Shown: positions 12,561-25,578 of the stretch, piece after piece | How the letters are laid out: each line of letters opens with the position of its first letter | Numbering within the stretch: the first letter of the stretch is position 1 | Assembly: GCA_015680685.1 (NCBI GenBank) | Contig: MNCI01002247.1 | Location: 162,330 to 226,329 of the forward strand | Length of the DNA stretch: 64,000 bases | Direction of reading: 5' to 3' | Source: Gnetum montanum | Taxonomy: Eukaryota; Plantae; Gnetophyta | Notes under the pieces: model-generated | Database searches by the model: none | Told to the model about the DNA's origin: nothing | Seen by the model: only the letters and a program-made list of their open reading frames with translations | Made by a program: the position numbers and the translations under genes

Positions 12561-13918
12561 TTGAAGCACAACATCCTTACCATGTATCCATGACCATTCA
12601 AGCAAGCGAGCGTGCACAGTGTTGAACTGGGGTGGGATGTTGCAGTTCCAGAATGTAGTTTACAATGCCAAGAAAATACTCTCTAGAATATATGCAATGC
12701 CACTACCCCTGGAATCTTGTTGATCCTCTAGAGATGTTTTCTAACATCTTGCTAACCTTTTGGAGCTACCGCCACCACAGCCCATCACCCTGGCAATAGC
12801 TTCCATTGTCAGCACCTGCTGCTAGAGTCCCAGCACTATTGTGGCCCAACCACAAAGTTGCTACCTTCCAGCCCCCACCATTTCCCAGGCTCAAAAGACA
12901 TTCAACTATTGTATATCTCACCTTATAAATGAATTGCATAATGTTTTCCTTCGGCAGAGACTCTTGAGCACTTGCATCACCACAATTCCTAGCTACCTCA
13001 GTGCTAACCCCTCCACACTGATGCTACCAGAACCATTGCTGGCCTTTCTGGTTTGGATGTCACATGCCTCGGCAAAAATGTCCATTTCTCCAACAGTGTC
13101 CAAAGAAAGTAAGACCTTTGCCTTCATTTTTCTTGATGGTTGTTTCTGTTGGTTTTCTCTCTATTGTGTTTGCAAGGTACATGCCAGAGGGGCATCGATC
13201 AGAGGTGTGTTTCGCCAAGACAACAGGACACTACATCATTCCAATGTGGTCATCCTAACTAGCTTGGCTACTTAGGAGTGCACATCCTATCCTCCTCCTT
13301 AACCTCATTTACCTTGTTTCTTACACTTGCAATTCTCCCTCTCACACCTCTTTTTATGAATTTTCCTGATGCCTATAAATCTCTCCCATATGCTCAACCA
13401 CAAAGTCCAGGACATGCGTAACAAAACTCATCCCATGGGAAGCATCTGTAGGCAGGTCAAAGCCCCACGTGGATGTAATGAAACTCATCTTGGGGAGAAA
13501 ACACTTGTCCTGCAATAAGGTTTTTTGCAAATGAAGATGGAAAAATAGTAAAAGAAAATCGTAAAAGAGAAAAAGCTCAAAAAAAAGTGCCCAAAAAAAA
13601 TGGCACATCAGCTATTTTGCAATGACCATCTTTAAGAATTATAACAAGAGGTTAGAAGCTTGCAAAAGAAATATGCCCATGCATATCGACTCCCTCACAA
13701 GCACTCTGATGAGGGACCACACTATGCTACATCTTTCCCTTCCTAAAACTATCCTCGCAGATCCACCCTTTTCCCTTTCCCTACATGACTATCCAAGCAC
13801 TCTGAAGCATGGCTAAGTGACATCTAAATAATTACTAAACAATGATGTTAGCATCTTGTCTGTCATGGTCTTTCATATTCTTTTTTGATGTATCTCAGGC
13901 CCATCCTCTAGACATCGA

Positions 13919-13932
13919 CAAAGAGGGACCAA
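13919..13932 (+). promoter_or_regulatory. Polypurine tract of copy A
   Basis: caaagagggaccaa immediately before the family LTR start TGAAACACC at 13933. Confidence 0.6.
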
Positions 13933-15700
13933 TGAAACACCATAAAATTTTGAGACCCTCTTACTTCACCAGGGTCTTGAAATTCAAGAAAGGATTCCAC
14001 AAGTGTAGTGTCATGACAGTTTGACAAGAAAATGTAGGCACTAAGATTAGATTGTTCAGTCTAGCAAGTTTTCAACCTCCAAAGCTAATAGGCTTGATAG
14101 ACTCTCTAGCTTGCCCACCTGGAAATTCACCTGGTTGTCAGTCTGCTCAAAACCTGTGCTAGGAGTTGTCGATGGTGTTCAAGATGGAAAAAATAGTTTA
14201 GCAAGTTTTCTAGTAGAAAATTCTGCTAGGTTATGCTATGCTGTGCAACGTAGCAAGCCTTCAAAAAATCAATCAAGTGTTCGAATACAAGTTTGGCAAG
14301 ATGTTCACGAAAAGTAAAGTTAGAATTCCACCAATACAGGGTGTTATGCTATGCTACACTATATAGCGTAGCATATCATAGCAAAGGAAAAACATGCAAA
14401 GACTCCTCTGCCAAGCCATTTCGGCAAAAGGACTGCATTTAATAGCATTGTGGCTTCCAAAGCTACCCTAAAGAAAAGTTTTCTCGTGAAACCCCGAAAT
14501 TCTAACAGAAATGCAAGTTACATTGGATGCTATGCTACTTTACACTACATAGCGTAGCAAAGATTCAAATCAATAAAATGCCCCAAAGGTTAACCCAATG
14601 TGCACCAAGGCTTCTGCCAAATGCTATTGACTATAATGCAAGTTTCCTATTTAAACCAGTGGCTACACTGTGCTATGCTACATAGCGTAGCACAACATAG
14701 CAAGAAGCTAGGCTATGTTAATGTGCTATGCTACATAGCATCGTAAGAAGCTATACTACTTCAATGTGCTAGATAGCATGAGCGATGCAAAGTTGACAGA
14801 GGCATCAGGACATCTTCAGCTAGCTCTATAGCTTGTTAGAAATAACTAAGCTTGCTATGATCAGCAACTTTGTTCCACTTTGGCATACCTCTTAGTACAT
14901 CCCCCAAAATTTGTTGCTATGCTTGAACCTATTCATAAGGATAGGAAAGACATAGTCCTGGGGGGAGACTTCATTTTTGCTTACATTGTTGGCACATTGG
15001 ATTCTAGCATGTGCAGTTTCAACAACATGGTTGTAGCGTAGCAAGTTCACAACTGACGTTGCACATCTACACCATACGGGCACATCAACATTTAGTGGGG
15101 TCTAGGACATGTGGCATCCAAGCCTCATTTCTTGCTTGCTCCTAGCCCTATAAATACCCTAGCAAACAATGTTCAAAGGGTTGGCTTTTTGCATTGGCAT
15201 TTTGCGGGTTGGCTTTTCTAGTTGGCATTTCTCATCCAAAGAGTTGGCATTTTTGTGCAGTTGGCTTTTATGTTTGCATTCAAGAGCATAGTTGGCACAT
15301 TTTGAGCATTCTAGTTACTCTTGAACTCTCTGTGTGTCCCTGGCATTGTATAACTTGTTATACATCTTTCAAACACGGAAAAGAATTAAACTCTCGACCT
15401 TGATGTGGTGCATTTCCTTACCTGAGTTTATTCTGTTATCTCTTTATTGTTATTGCTATATGGCATTATTTCCTTCATTCCTGCATTTATTAATCATTGT
15501 TTTTACCTCATGTATTTCACATTTAAAACAATGTTCACATAAGGTTAAGTTACATTGATTAAGTCCTTGTCTGATTGACCAGACCATTCAGGGCACCCCG
15601 CTTCCATTTTATCCAGCACGGCCCTTGCACAGATCTGGGGTTAAACTGTTCATCCGACAACCTCTCGGTGTTCCAACCATCGACGTTTTTGGTCGTTACA
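13933..15700 (+). repeat. 3' LTR of copy A
   Basis: Starts TGAAACACCATAAAATTTTG, TATA (cctataaatacc) near 15148, ends cgacgtttttggtcgttaCA like the other LTRs; not followed by a PBS. Confidence 0.85.
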
Positions 15701-15769
15701 CACATCCCAAGGATACAAGATTATTGGAAGAAACTCCTTAACATTGATTAACTAGGTAATGAACTATTT

Positions 15770-17340
15770 TTGTTCAATGTTGAACACTTACATTGTGTTC
15801 TTCAGCTCTTGGTACTCATTCATCTATCTAGTTAGGTCCTTAAAATGGATCATTGATTTGTGAATCGCCCTTTGAGGACTTTGAGTTTAGTGTTAGCAAT
15901 CTCAAGCTTTTGTTTGGTGTCCTTGTGGTATTTGAACTCAGCCTCATATAGTAGATACAAGCTAGCCATCTATTTCTTCAATTTTGACCATATTCATCCA
16001 GCTATCAGCATTGCCAAGCTTGCATAATGGAGATTGGCCAACTCCATATACTCTGTCATCTCTTCAATCTACAACTCCTTTAATCAAATCTATGGTTTGT
16101 TGTAGGCATCAATCCCATTAAGGATGGGCTGCCACATCTCTCTTCCTTGCTAGAGTTGCTAGAGGGCTTCATTCACGTTAGCCTTTTTCATCTAGATTTC
16201 TTTTTCATTAATTTCCTTTTGCAAACCAACCTAGTCCCTATAGTGATTTTTCACTCCCTCAAATCTAAGAGCTTCATTCTTCTAGGTGGCAATCTTAATG
16301 GTAGAATTTTTTTCACAAGGTGCATACCTCCTCCATTGATAAATTATGGTTCTCTGCAACCAATTTTCTTAGTTTAGTGTTAACTTTGGCAAGCTACTCC
16401 TATTGTTGATGAATAAATTCTTGCATTTGATCTCTCTGAGTATCAACATTTTGCAGAAGATGATTTTGCATAATCAATGCTTCATTTTCTTGATGCATCT
16501 GATTCAAGTTCTTTTTGATTAAGTGCATTTCAACTTCTACTAGGAACTATTTGAAGATGACCATTACTACTTCCTCCTTAGCCTTTTGAAATTTTTCTTA
16601 AAGCTATTTGATAGCTTCATCTCTTGTTGTTGTTGGGCTGATGATTGCTTGTTCTACAAGTCAAGCATGAAGTTTAGCAACCTCTACTGCCAAGTGTTGA
16701 CTTTTCTCTTAGGCCATTTCTAGTTATCCCTCCAAAATGATACATCTATCCCTTGCACTCAGTAGCTCTAATTGGGTTGTAGTGATGTTCTTTGAAACAT
16801 CAAAGATATCTATAGTTTGTTGCCCAATTCCTACTAGTCATTCTAGCAGTTATTTGTGCTGGGCTGCATTCAATTTCTTGCTGACCATGCCTACAGACAT
16901 CTACACATCTTGGAGTGTAGATACATCTAGTACAGATACTATAGATGCATTCAGTGCTTTAGCTACCACTTCTGTCACTATTTCCTACCCTTGGTGCTAC
17001 ATCACAAAGATAGTTGTCTCTTCACCTTCTTCTAAACTCACCAAGAAAGTGGTGGAATTCCTAGAGATTTCTAAGAATAGATAATGTATTGCTAATGAAA
17101 ACATCACCTCCCAAGTGTTGGGATCTGACCTTAAAGGTAGCTATGTCCTGTGAGTAGAGAAAATAAGACCATCCCTCTCCATCTAGCTAATTGTTTAGGC
17201 CACCTCATTAAGGTGACTCATTGCTAGCTAATACATAGATGGATCCACCTAACTTATTCCTACTTGCTACACTTTTTCACTCAAGAGATACTCTTAAATT
17301 TTTTGTAGACATTCAAGGGTTACATGAGCCTCTAATGTGG
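15770..17340 (-). pseudogene. Highly degenerate E/K/Q-rich (coiled-coil-like) coding remnant of an older element
   Basis: Minus-strand translation gives helical, charge-rich stretches broken by stops (MASLYLLYEAEFKYHKDTKQKLEIANTKLKVLK); no recognisable domain. Confidence 0.35.
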
Positions 17341-17360
17341 TTTCTTGAGTGGGTGACAGT

Positions 17361-19294
17361 TGAAACACCACTAATTTTGGGCTCCTTTGACTCAACATCA
17401 AATTCATCTAAAGTGTCAAAACTTTGACATAATTTTTTCTAAGTTTGATGCTATGCTATGTAGTGTAGACAACATGGCACCTTGGAAGTCCTAACATTTG
17501 TAAAAAAAATTTCTAAGTCTACCTACTATCCTCTCCAGCACATTCAGCATAGCACCCATTCCCAAGGCCAGTTTGCACAAATCTTAAGCCGAAAGTGATC
17601 CAAAGGGCACTAAGGATGGACTCAATAGTTTGGAAAATTTTCTATCTTTGGACCTGTTACACTCTACTACACTGCATAGCATAGATGGCATAGCAGGCTC
17701 TTTGGGACTCAAATTTTCCTAAGTGTTGGACCAAACACATAGGGTGTGTTTGGCAATTTTTCAACTTCTGAGGTTGGCTATCCTACTTCATCCTTGGAGT
17801 GTGATCAACGTCTGATGAAAAAAATTGTAAGTTTTTTCAAAATTCATCCAAAATTGGTACTACACTCTACTACACTACATAGCGTAGAAAACGTAGGAGA
17901 GGTTCTAGAATCAGAAATTTTCTATGTATAGAATGAGGAGGTATTAGGCCATCCTAACATGGAAGATGCACTTTCTAGTTGCTGGAGTTACCTGTCTTTC
18001 CACATCCTAGAGTGGAATTTCCAATTTTGACAAGATTTATTCAAAAATAGGTGCTACACCCTGCTACACTATGCAGTGTAGATAGTGTAGTAGGCTAGAA
18101 CTGCAAAATTTTTCTAAGTGTTGACACTACACTTTGTCACACTAGGTAGCATAGATAGCATAACACTTGGAAAACACCTCCAAATGCCTCCAAAAGCTCT
18201 CAAAACTCAGCATCAACCTTTATTTCAACTTTGGCATCACTCAAGTAGCTAATATTAGTAGTTTTCTTTATTTTTGCACCCCACATTGATCCCCAAAATT
18301 GTCTCTACACTTGATCCTACTTGGAAGAGGCGGGAAGATGTAGTCCCAGAGCGTAGGCTCCAAGTTGCATTTTTTGGGCATCTTTCAGGTACATGGTACT
18401 TCTTTAGACTTTGGCACATGTGATTTGGGAAATATGATCATAGTTTGGTAGATTTTTAGTCCCTGTTCTTGTCCTATCTAGTGTAGCACCATTGAGCTTG
18501 ACACTTTGAGCATAGTAGGTTAGCTAACACATTCACACCCATGCTATGCAGGACCTAGGAAATGTGGCATCCAACCCACATCTCTTGACAACCCTAGCTC
18601 TATAAATACCTTAGTAATCAACAATCTAAGGGTTGGCTTTTGTAGTTACCTTTTGCAGAAGATTGGCAAACAAAACGTTGATGAAAAGAAAATCTCAGCA
18701 TTAGAGCACTCCTTAGCACCTACTTCACTCCCATACTTGAGCGTGACACTTGCAACCTACACCCATATAACGTAGTAATTTTCCACCTAGCAAGATTTAG
18801 CTCCTTTGTGCCTATCAACATCACGTCCATCACATCCTAGGGACTATGACCATACTACCTTGCTACCCCGATGTACCTTTCTGACACTACATACTAGTTG
18901 TACACATCATTAAAGCAAAAGTCACACTCCCCCAATTTTGGGGTGGTTCATTTTCTCACCTAAACTCATTCCATTTTTCCTGTAGCGTATCTTTCAAATT
19001 GTTAGCATATTCATTTATTTATATTTCCAATATGCATTAAGACACTCATGTCAATGCACTCTCACTATTATACATGTTATGCTCTTTGCTTGTTTCAACT
19101 CCTACACGTGATGCTCTAAAAACACCACTCGTAAAAGGTTATTAGACATCACGTAAGTCCCTGTCTAATCAACCAGACCAATTAAGATGCCCTATTTTCA
19201 TTATCTCTAGCATAGCCCTCCCAGGGACTCAGGGTTAAGCTGTACGTTTGACAACCTCTTGGTATTCCAGCCACCGATGTTTTTAGATGTTATA
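17361..19294 (+). repeat. 5' LTR of copy B (left boundary uncertain: 17361 or 18339)
   Basis: TGAAACACCACTAATTTTGG at 17361 matches the family terminus; TATA near 18600; the 3' end matches the other LTR ends and is followed by a PBS. Confidence 0.6.
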
Positions 19295-19300
19295 GTTTTT

Positions 19301-19317
19301 CGGCGCTAGAAGGAGGG
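19301..19317 (+). promoter_or_regulatory. PBS (tRNA-Asn), copy B
   Basis: cggcgctagaaggaggg, complementary (1 mismatch) to the plant tRNA-Asn(GUU) 3' end CCCUCCUUCUAGCGCCA. Confidence 0.85.
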
Positions 19318-19792
19318 CCTAAACCTCTATGTCCCTTCTATGTGCCATGAGTAGTCCAGTGTACTTTCTGTACCTCCCTTACTAGTAATGGGCTAGCGTA
19401 GATGTGATACCCTTATGGGCCTACTAAGGTAATAGTTGGATCATAGGCGAACACAAGAGTTGTCTACGTTTTGGTTGGTATAGATCAGTCCCAATTGACA
19501 GTTCCCCTAGAACCCCACAGGATAAAAGGCCCAAAACTATGTACTATGTCAAGCTTTATGTTCCATGTAGCATGGCACGTGTAGCATAACAACCCTATCA
19601 GCATGGTAGTTCCACCTAGTGTAGCGAGCGTAACAACACAAATTACTATTTTTTCAGCATTTTAAGACTTTGCCGTTTGTGGGCTATTTTTAGTGGAGCT
19701 TACCTATTTAAGCGTTTTAACTCAAAATTTACTGTATTCCACCATTTCTCACAAGTTTCTTTACTTCTTACATCCCTTTTAACATAGTAAAA

Positions 19793-22700
19793 ATGAACCT
19801 AGCACCTCAACTACCATATTAATATTGGAGATATCTCATCCCTTGCAACATGTGATAGCTCTTAAGGGACCACTTAGCCTAGTGGATCCACAACAATAGT
19901 CTCTTCGACTACAAAATCAATCACCCAAATGCACGACATGTGATGTAGAGTGATATGACTTCTTATGTGTAAAGATCCAAGCAGGCCTACTACTAGAACA
20001 CCAAGAATTCAAAGAAAAGCACAAATTTGAAATTATTCATCGAAACAGAAGGGAGTTCCTTCTTACACCTGATGCCATCATACCACTCACTGAAACGTTT
20101 CAGTGGATATTGAACCAACATGTTCGACTGAGTGGGTCAAAAGAGTGAGACATAGCATCTCACTATGAGGAACACCTCCATAATGGGAAAGAGGAATTTG
20201 AATCCCATTCTGAAGGTGGTGGCCCACTCTATGCTATAGCCTCATAGTCCACTTTTGTATTCCTTTCACACTAGTCACAATCCTCCGCCTCTTTTGTTAC
20301 AGCTACAACACTTCATAGCCCAAACCTTCCTTGGTGGTAGGAAGCCATCAAATATTATCAACGCAATAGCATGTAGGTCCTTTGGCATTCTTTCCCTTTA
20401 TTATGTCTTCATGGTCCATCCAATTTTTGTAGCCAACATCTGTGATGCCTATGTTACCATATGTACACACTATGTCTACATCACAACTGCAAATGAGCCC
20501 TATTTCCATTACCTCCTCTACATTGATTCCACCGTTAGTAGCAGCTCCACCCTCAACTGCATGGTGGGCAATGATGTCCTTTCCTATTATCTAGTTGTCT
20601 CAGATACCATAGTATATCTAGCCCCAAATGTACGAAGCTTCACATATGGTGTAACCAACTACAAGGCTATGGGCTGCTGAAACGGGGCAGGTACCCATTC
20701 CCACAGCACCATCAATGGTAGTGACTCTAGTGACACCACCCATAGGGTTGTGGGCTGCTCAAAAAGTGTCATCGATGGGAGCTAATCTAATAGCACCCAC
20801 AATGGGAATGGTAGCTGCACCAATAGCACCACCAATGATGGCTACTCCAATGGTGTCGCCGGTAGTTCAACTAATGCAACCTTCAACAACACCTCTGGGT
20901 CTAGACCAAGCCTTTTAACTTATTCAAACCCTCACCGATGAAGTCAAGTAGCTTAAAGCTACTGGCTTAGAAATATTCCATGTAATGGACTTTTATCAAG
21001 ATGACCCTATTATCCCCATGGTGCCTTCACTCACATTGCCTCCCAAGGTACAACTTCCCCAATTCACAAAATACAATGGTGAGGGTGATCCCAATGCCCA
21101 CTTATGTTTCGATCCAAGTCCCTATTATTGCAACCATGGCTGCATGCAATTATTTTTGTTTTCATCATGTCCTTGACTGGTAAATCTTTAGACTAGTATC
21201 ATGTGCTTCCTTGCATCTCTATCTCAACTTTTGAAGAACTACTGAGTTAATTTGTAACTCGCTTCAAATGTAACTTGAAGCTAGAAGCTAGGTGCTAACT
21301 CATGAATGTCAAACAAGAAGCATTAAAACCTATTCAAAAATTCATATAACATTGGAGTGATGCCTTAAATGAGATCCATGAGCTGATTGCTAAAGCCCAA
21401 CTACTAGCCATTTTTAAGGGTGTTGTAAATGACTTTATCAAGTCTAAGCTATACTATTTAGCACCATGCTCCTTAAGCCAAGATTTTACCAAGACCAAAA
21501 GCATACAAGATGCAACTGAGGCTAGTAGAGACCCCTCTTACATAACTTACAAGAACACACATGCAAAAAAAGATAAAGAAAAGGGGAAGGCCCCTACAAC
21601 CACTATGGCTGTTGTGGTAGGTGAAACCAAAAATATTAACAACAAATAGGTGGCTAAGGTGCCTAAGACCTTGGCCACCACTAGCAAAACATCAAGCTTT
21701 GGTAATGCAGGGACTAACCAACCCATGACATCAACAACCACAACACAAACTTCACTGAGGCCAAATTTTGAGCATAATAATCACTCAAAATATACCCCAC
21801 TACCGATCAAGCCATTGGAGCTTTTGGATCAATTGTTGAGTGTTTGGCAAATTCAACATAAACAAATGTCAGAGGAGGCCTATAAACAATATGAAAGTAT
21901 TGCAAGATCCTTCGATACCCCTCTGTAGCTATGCCTAATGAGCCTCTAGTGCCTAGAATTTTTAGGCTAGATCACTTCTGCAATTATCACCAATTGTGTG
22001 GCCATGACATAGATTTTTTCTTAGCATTAAAAGATGACATTTAATGTATGATTGATCAGGGTAAGTTAGTCCTTGTCAAAAATAGTCCTATTCAACCAGA
22101 GAACCAATCTATGAACATCTATAAGGACTCGTTGAATGCTAGCAATGCAAGATATACCATTAACACTATTAGTATTGATGACAATGTAGAGTCAACACAT
22201 GAACTATTTGTGGGTCGTGTACCTTCCCGAGGTGCCAAAGCTTTAGTCTCACCTAGGCCATAGGCCCATTTTGTTATTAAGGTATCACCATAGAGGCCCA
22301 TCACACCCTTTATAATTAGGGCTCCCCAACATGTTGCTGCAACAACCCAGGCACCCTTTGTTATAAGGGTGTCAAAACATATAGATTTTCCCTCTGTCTA
22401 GAGTCCATTGATGGGAACTACATCACAACCTTCTTGACCAAGGAGGCATGAAAAATGCCTAGCAGATAAGATGACTAGGGAACACATTGTACTAGGACCT
22501 CCTAAACCTACCCCTCTATCGGTAGCTCCTATGGCCCTATCACCAAAAGCCACCTACATACACACGTGCATGAAACAATCAACACCTAAGGCTCAAAAGC
22601 CCATAGTTCATCCAAAAGCCTCACCTCCCCCCCCCCCCCCCCCCCCCCCCCCGGGAAATCCATCTTTAGGATTTATAGAGGAAAAAAACCACCAAACACA

Positions 22701-23630
22701 AAGACACTAGACAAGATTTCTTAGGCACACTCACACAAGTTAGATAGGCCCTAAAATAGAAAAATACAACTTTAATTTTGTACAATTTAATAATGACTTC
22801 TTGAGCACATCGTGAGGCTTTAATACACATGTTGGCATCTATTCTTGTTAAGGAAGATATGATAATAGAGGAAAGAGCCATCCATGCTATCATGCTACCA
22901 CCTATGGCTAAAGAGCCATGATCAACCCCTTTAACTTTTCATGATGAAGCCATTAAAGTTGATCCCAAAAGAGGTCAAGTAACCACTGCCCTTATGTTTA
23001 TAAAAATTTGTGTAGGTCAATATAGGATCCATAGGGTGCATGTTGATGATGGGGTAGCAACCAACATAATTTCATTCCCTATTGTTGACAAGCTAGGCCT
23101 AGTGGATCAAATCAAGCCCACAACAACTTCTTGTTTGAAGTCATTCAACAAGGCATGCTTCATGGTTAAGGGAACTGTCACAATAAATTTTGTGGTAGAG
23201 GATCAATTTTTCACTAATGCAGAATTCATTGTGTTAGAAGAGATGCTTGGATTCAATTTAATTTTAGGATGGTCTTGTTAGCCCAATTAAGGGTTGTCTC
23301 TTCATCAATACACCAAGAGATCCACCTACCCTATGCAGGTGGAGAGGTGATGATCTTTGGTGATGATGTAGCTCCTTGAGCCATCAACAATATAGATACA
23401 GAGTAAGGGTCAGAGATAGAAGTCTTTGAAGATGCATCACCTGTTTACAATACAACCCAATATCATTTAGCAAGTGAACCAAGAAAAACTAATGATTTTT
23501 GTGAGGAAACTACATGGGCAGAGTTGCCTTTTTCAATGGTAGATGAAAACCTAGAAGAGTATCACCATAAGTCTTCTAGGACCTATGCCTTCCCTAACAC
23601 ACATCAGGTTAGGAAATATTTATGCTATTA
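19793..23630 (+). pseudogene. gag: Degenerate gag-protease of copy B
   Basis: MDFYQDDP...KYNGEGDPNAH, YTPLPIKP, protease VHVDDGVATNII and FNLILG, WAELPF. Confidence 0.9.
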
Positions 23631-23733
23631 GGGCATGTCCCTAGATTACTTCTCTACTTCTATTATCTTTAACAATTTTGTTTGTATAGTTTCAATTTTT
23701 CATTATGTTTACCTTTTGTGTTAGTTATATTTC

Positions 23734-24055
23734 CACAGCCCAAAATGGCCTTAAACTACCCATGGCCTAAAATGGCCTTAAACTAGCCATGACCCAAAAT
23801 GGCCTTAAACTACACATGGCCTGAAATGGCCTTAAATTATCTAGGACCCAAAATGGCCTTAAACTACCCATGGCCTGAAATGACCTTAAACTAGCTACAA
23901 CCTAAAATGGCTTGAAACTATCACATGGCCAACCAAGGCCTAAAACTGGTAGTCCACTCTCTATGTTAATTACCCACAGCCCAAAATGGCCTTAAACTAG
24001 CCGCAGCCTGAAATAATGTTAAACTAGCCATGGCCTAGAATGGCCTTAAACTAGA
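23734..24055 (+). repeat. Stem-loop motif array of copy B (27-bp units, ~11 copies)
   Basis: catggcctaaaatggccttaaactagc repeated head to tail. Confidence 0.92.
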
Positions 24056-24259
24056 GCATGGGGTCCACAAGGGGCCTAACTACATCAACAAAAATGCCAA
24101 GCAAAATAAATAGGGCAAATATCATACTTTTTATTAAACTGCAAATTCAACTATAAATGAAACACATAGTCCAGAATTATGTCCATAGTGAAAGTTGTAA
24201 CATTGCCCAATAATGGGGTTACATTTCAAAAATTTTAAACATAGGCTACAACTTCTCTC

Positions 24260-25480
24260 CTTTGTATTTATTTGCCACCACGCTAGGTCCTACATCCTCA
24301 TCTAGATCCTGCATAAATCAAGGACAAAACAATAAACCAATAAGTAAGGTAATGCATGAGGCTATCATGAAATAAATAGCACAAGTAAGACATGGTTAAC
24401 CTAAGATGGGCCTACATCCATATCTGGTGGTATTCTATCAAGGCTAGATGCCAAGCACCAAAGGATTTCTTCCTCAGTCAAATTCACCTAGTCTTCCTCT
24501 CCCAAATCAATGCCTGCTAAGATCTTCCCTTTTTCCATGGTCATCCACATGGGTGGCCCTAGAGAAAACATAGCAATTGTGGCCTCTCCAGAAGGCATGG
24601 TCATTTCCCTTTTGGGAGATCCACTAATCACTAAGTGTTTTGCAAATCTATCATAGGCCTAGGTAGCACCAATTGCATAAAGAAATAGCTCACGACCTTG
24701 TCATTCTATAGATGCATCTCTATATTTTTTGCAATAAGCAGCATGTTCCATTTTGTACATATGCTTATGATTCTTTTGTGCTTGCCCCAATTCATATACC
24801 TTGGCACTATAATCTTTCCAATCTTGGCTCTTTTGAGCCAAGAGATCCATTTGCAAGCATTGTTCAATCACTTCATGTGTGGCTTTTTTCTTACCCCTTA
24901 CGACTGACCAATATTTGGCATAATCAATGATGGCCATAAGCCAGCTACCATCTAAGTTATCATGGGCCATTAAGAATTTTTTTGTGACCATAGGTCTTCC
25001 AGCTCAGTGACTTGACTCAACTTTTCTTTTTCAAGTTTCTAGACTCATTTCTAGAGGTCTTCATTGATGCGCTTGCACTCCCACAATGATCATGCCAAGT
25101 GTAACGTGAATTTGCTAGCCTCATCATATACCTAACAAGGTACCTCTATTAACTCTTTGATGGGAGTTTGGGCACAGCTTCAACTTCAATTGTCCTTCTG
25201 GGGTTCCATTTAAGTCATAAAGCTATTATGCCAAAAACAAGAAGACATTAGTCATAAGGTTGTAAGAGATAAAAAATGAAACAACAAAAAAAAGAAAATG
25301 CAATAATCCAAATTCACCTATCTCAGGATTGATTTTCTTTAAGTGATCAATCATATCATCCACTACACCTTGCATAAAAGAAAACTTATCTAGGGTTTCC
25401 ACCCATGGTTGTAGGTGGAAAGTGGATGAAGACTCAGGGCCCCTAGTGGTTGTAGCATCCTCTGCACAATAAAGCAAGTT
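24260..25480 (-). pseudogene. 3' exons of the antisense gene, copy B
   Basis: ORFs 24701-24991 and 25226-25606 match A and C (HKHMYKME, LQPWVET.DKFSFMQGVVDDMIDHLK); LGPPMWMTMEKGK motif near 24530-24570. Confidence 0.8.
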
Positions 25481-25578
25481 AGCATTATGAAGAAAAGAAG
25501 AAAGAGGAGGAGAAAATAACAATAAAACAAACAAAAAGAAGAGGATAAGAGGATGGAGAGAAAACAAGAGCATAACAT

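Larger units (their letters stand above)
1..15700 (+). mobile_element. Tat-lineage Ty3/gypsy LTR retrotransposon, copy A (5' end outside window)
   Basis: Ordered gag, protease, ~6 kb interval, RT-RH-aRH-INT, PPT-like tract and a TG...CA LTR homologous to the other LTRs in the window. Confidence 0.92.
17361..25578 (+). mobile_element. Copy B (5' LTR, PBS, gag-PR, array, 3' part of antisense gene), cut off by copy D
   Basis: LTR-PBS-gag-protease order; family homology stops at a new TGAAACACC at 25579. Confidence 0.85.

Noticed and set aside
12624-12660. gaactggggtggga-TGTTGC as PPT and start of the 3' LTR of copy A
   Set aside because: The other family LTRs begin TGAAACACC, which occurs at 13933 after a purine tract; 12638-13932 has no counterpart in the 5' LTRs.
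12841-13275. 144-aa ORF in the 3' UTR of copy A as an env-like gene
   Set aside because: GTG start, no recognisable motif, and no second copy in the window to test conservation.
15555-15700. Hammerhead ribozyme (retrozyme) in the LTR
   Set aside because: No CUGAUGA...GAAA core found in the conserved U5 block.
19301-19317. tRNA gene
   Set aside because: Only the 17-nt complement of a tRNA 3' end (PBS); no cloverleaf.
22626-22652. Poly-C run as a functional polyproline or G-quadruplex signal
   Set aside because: Absent from sibling copies; likely slippage or a sequencing artefact.
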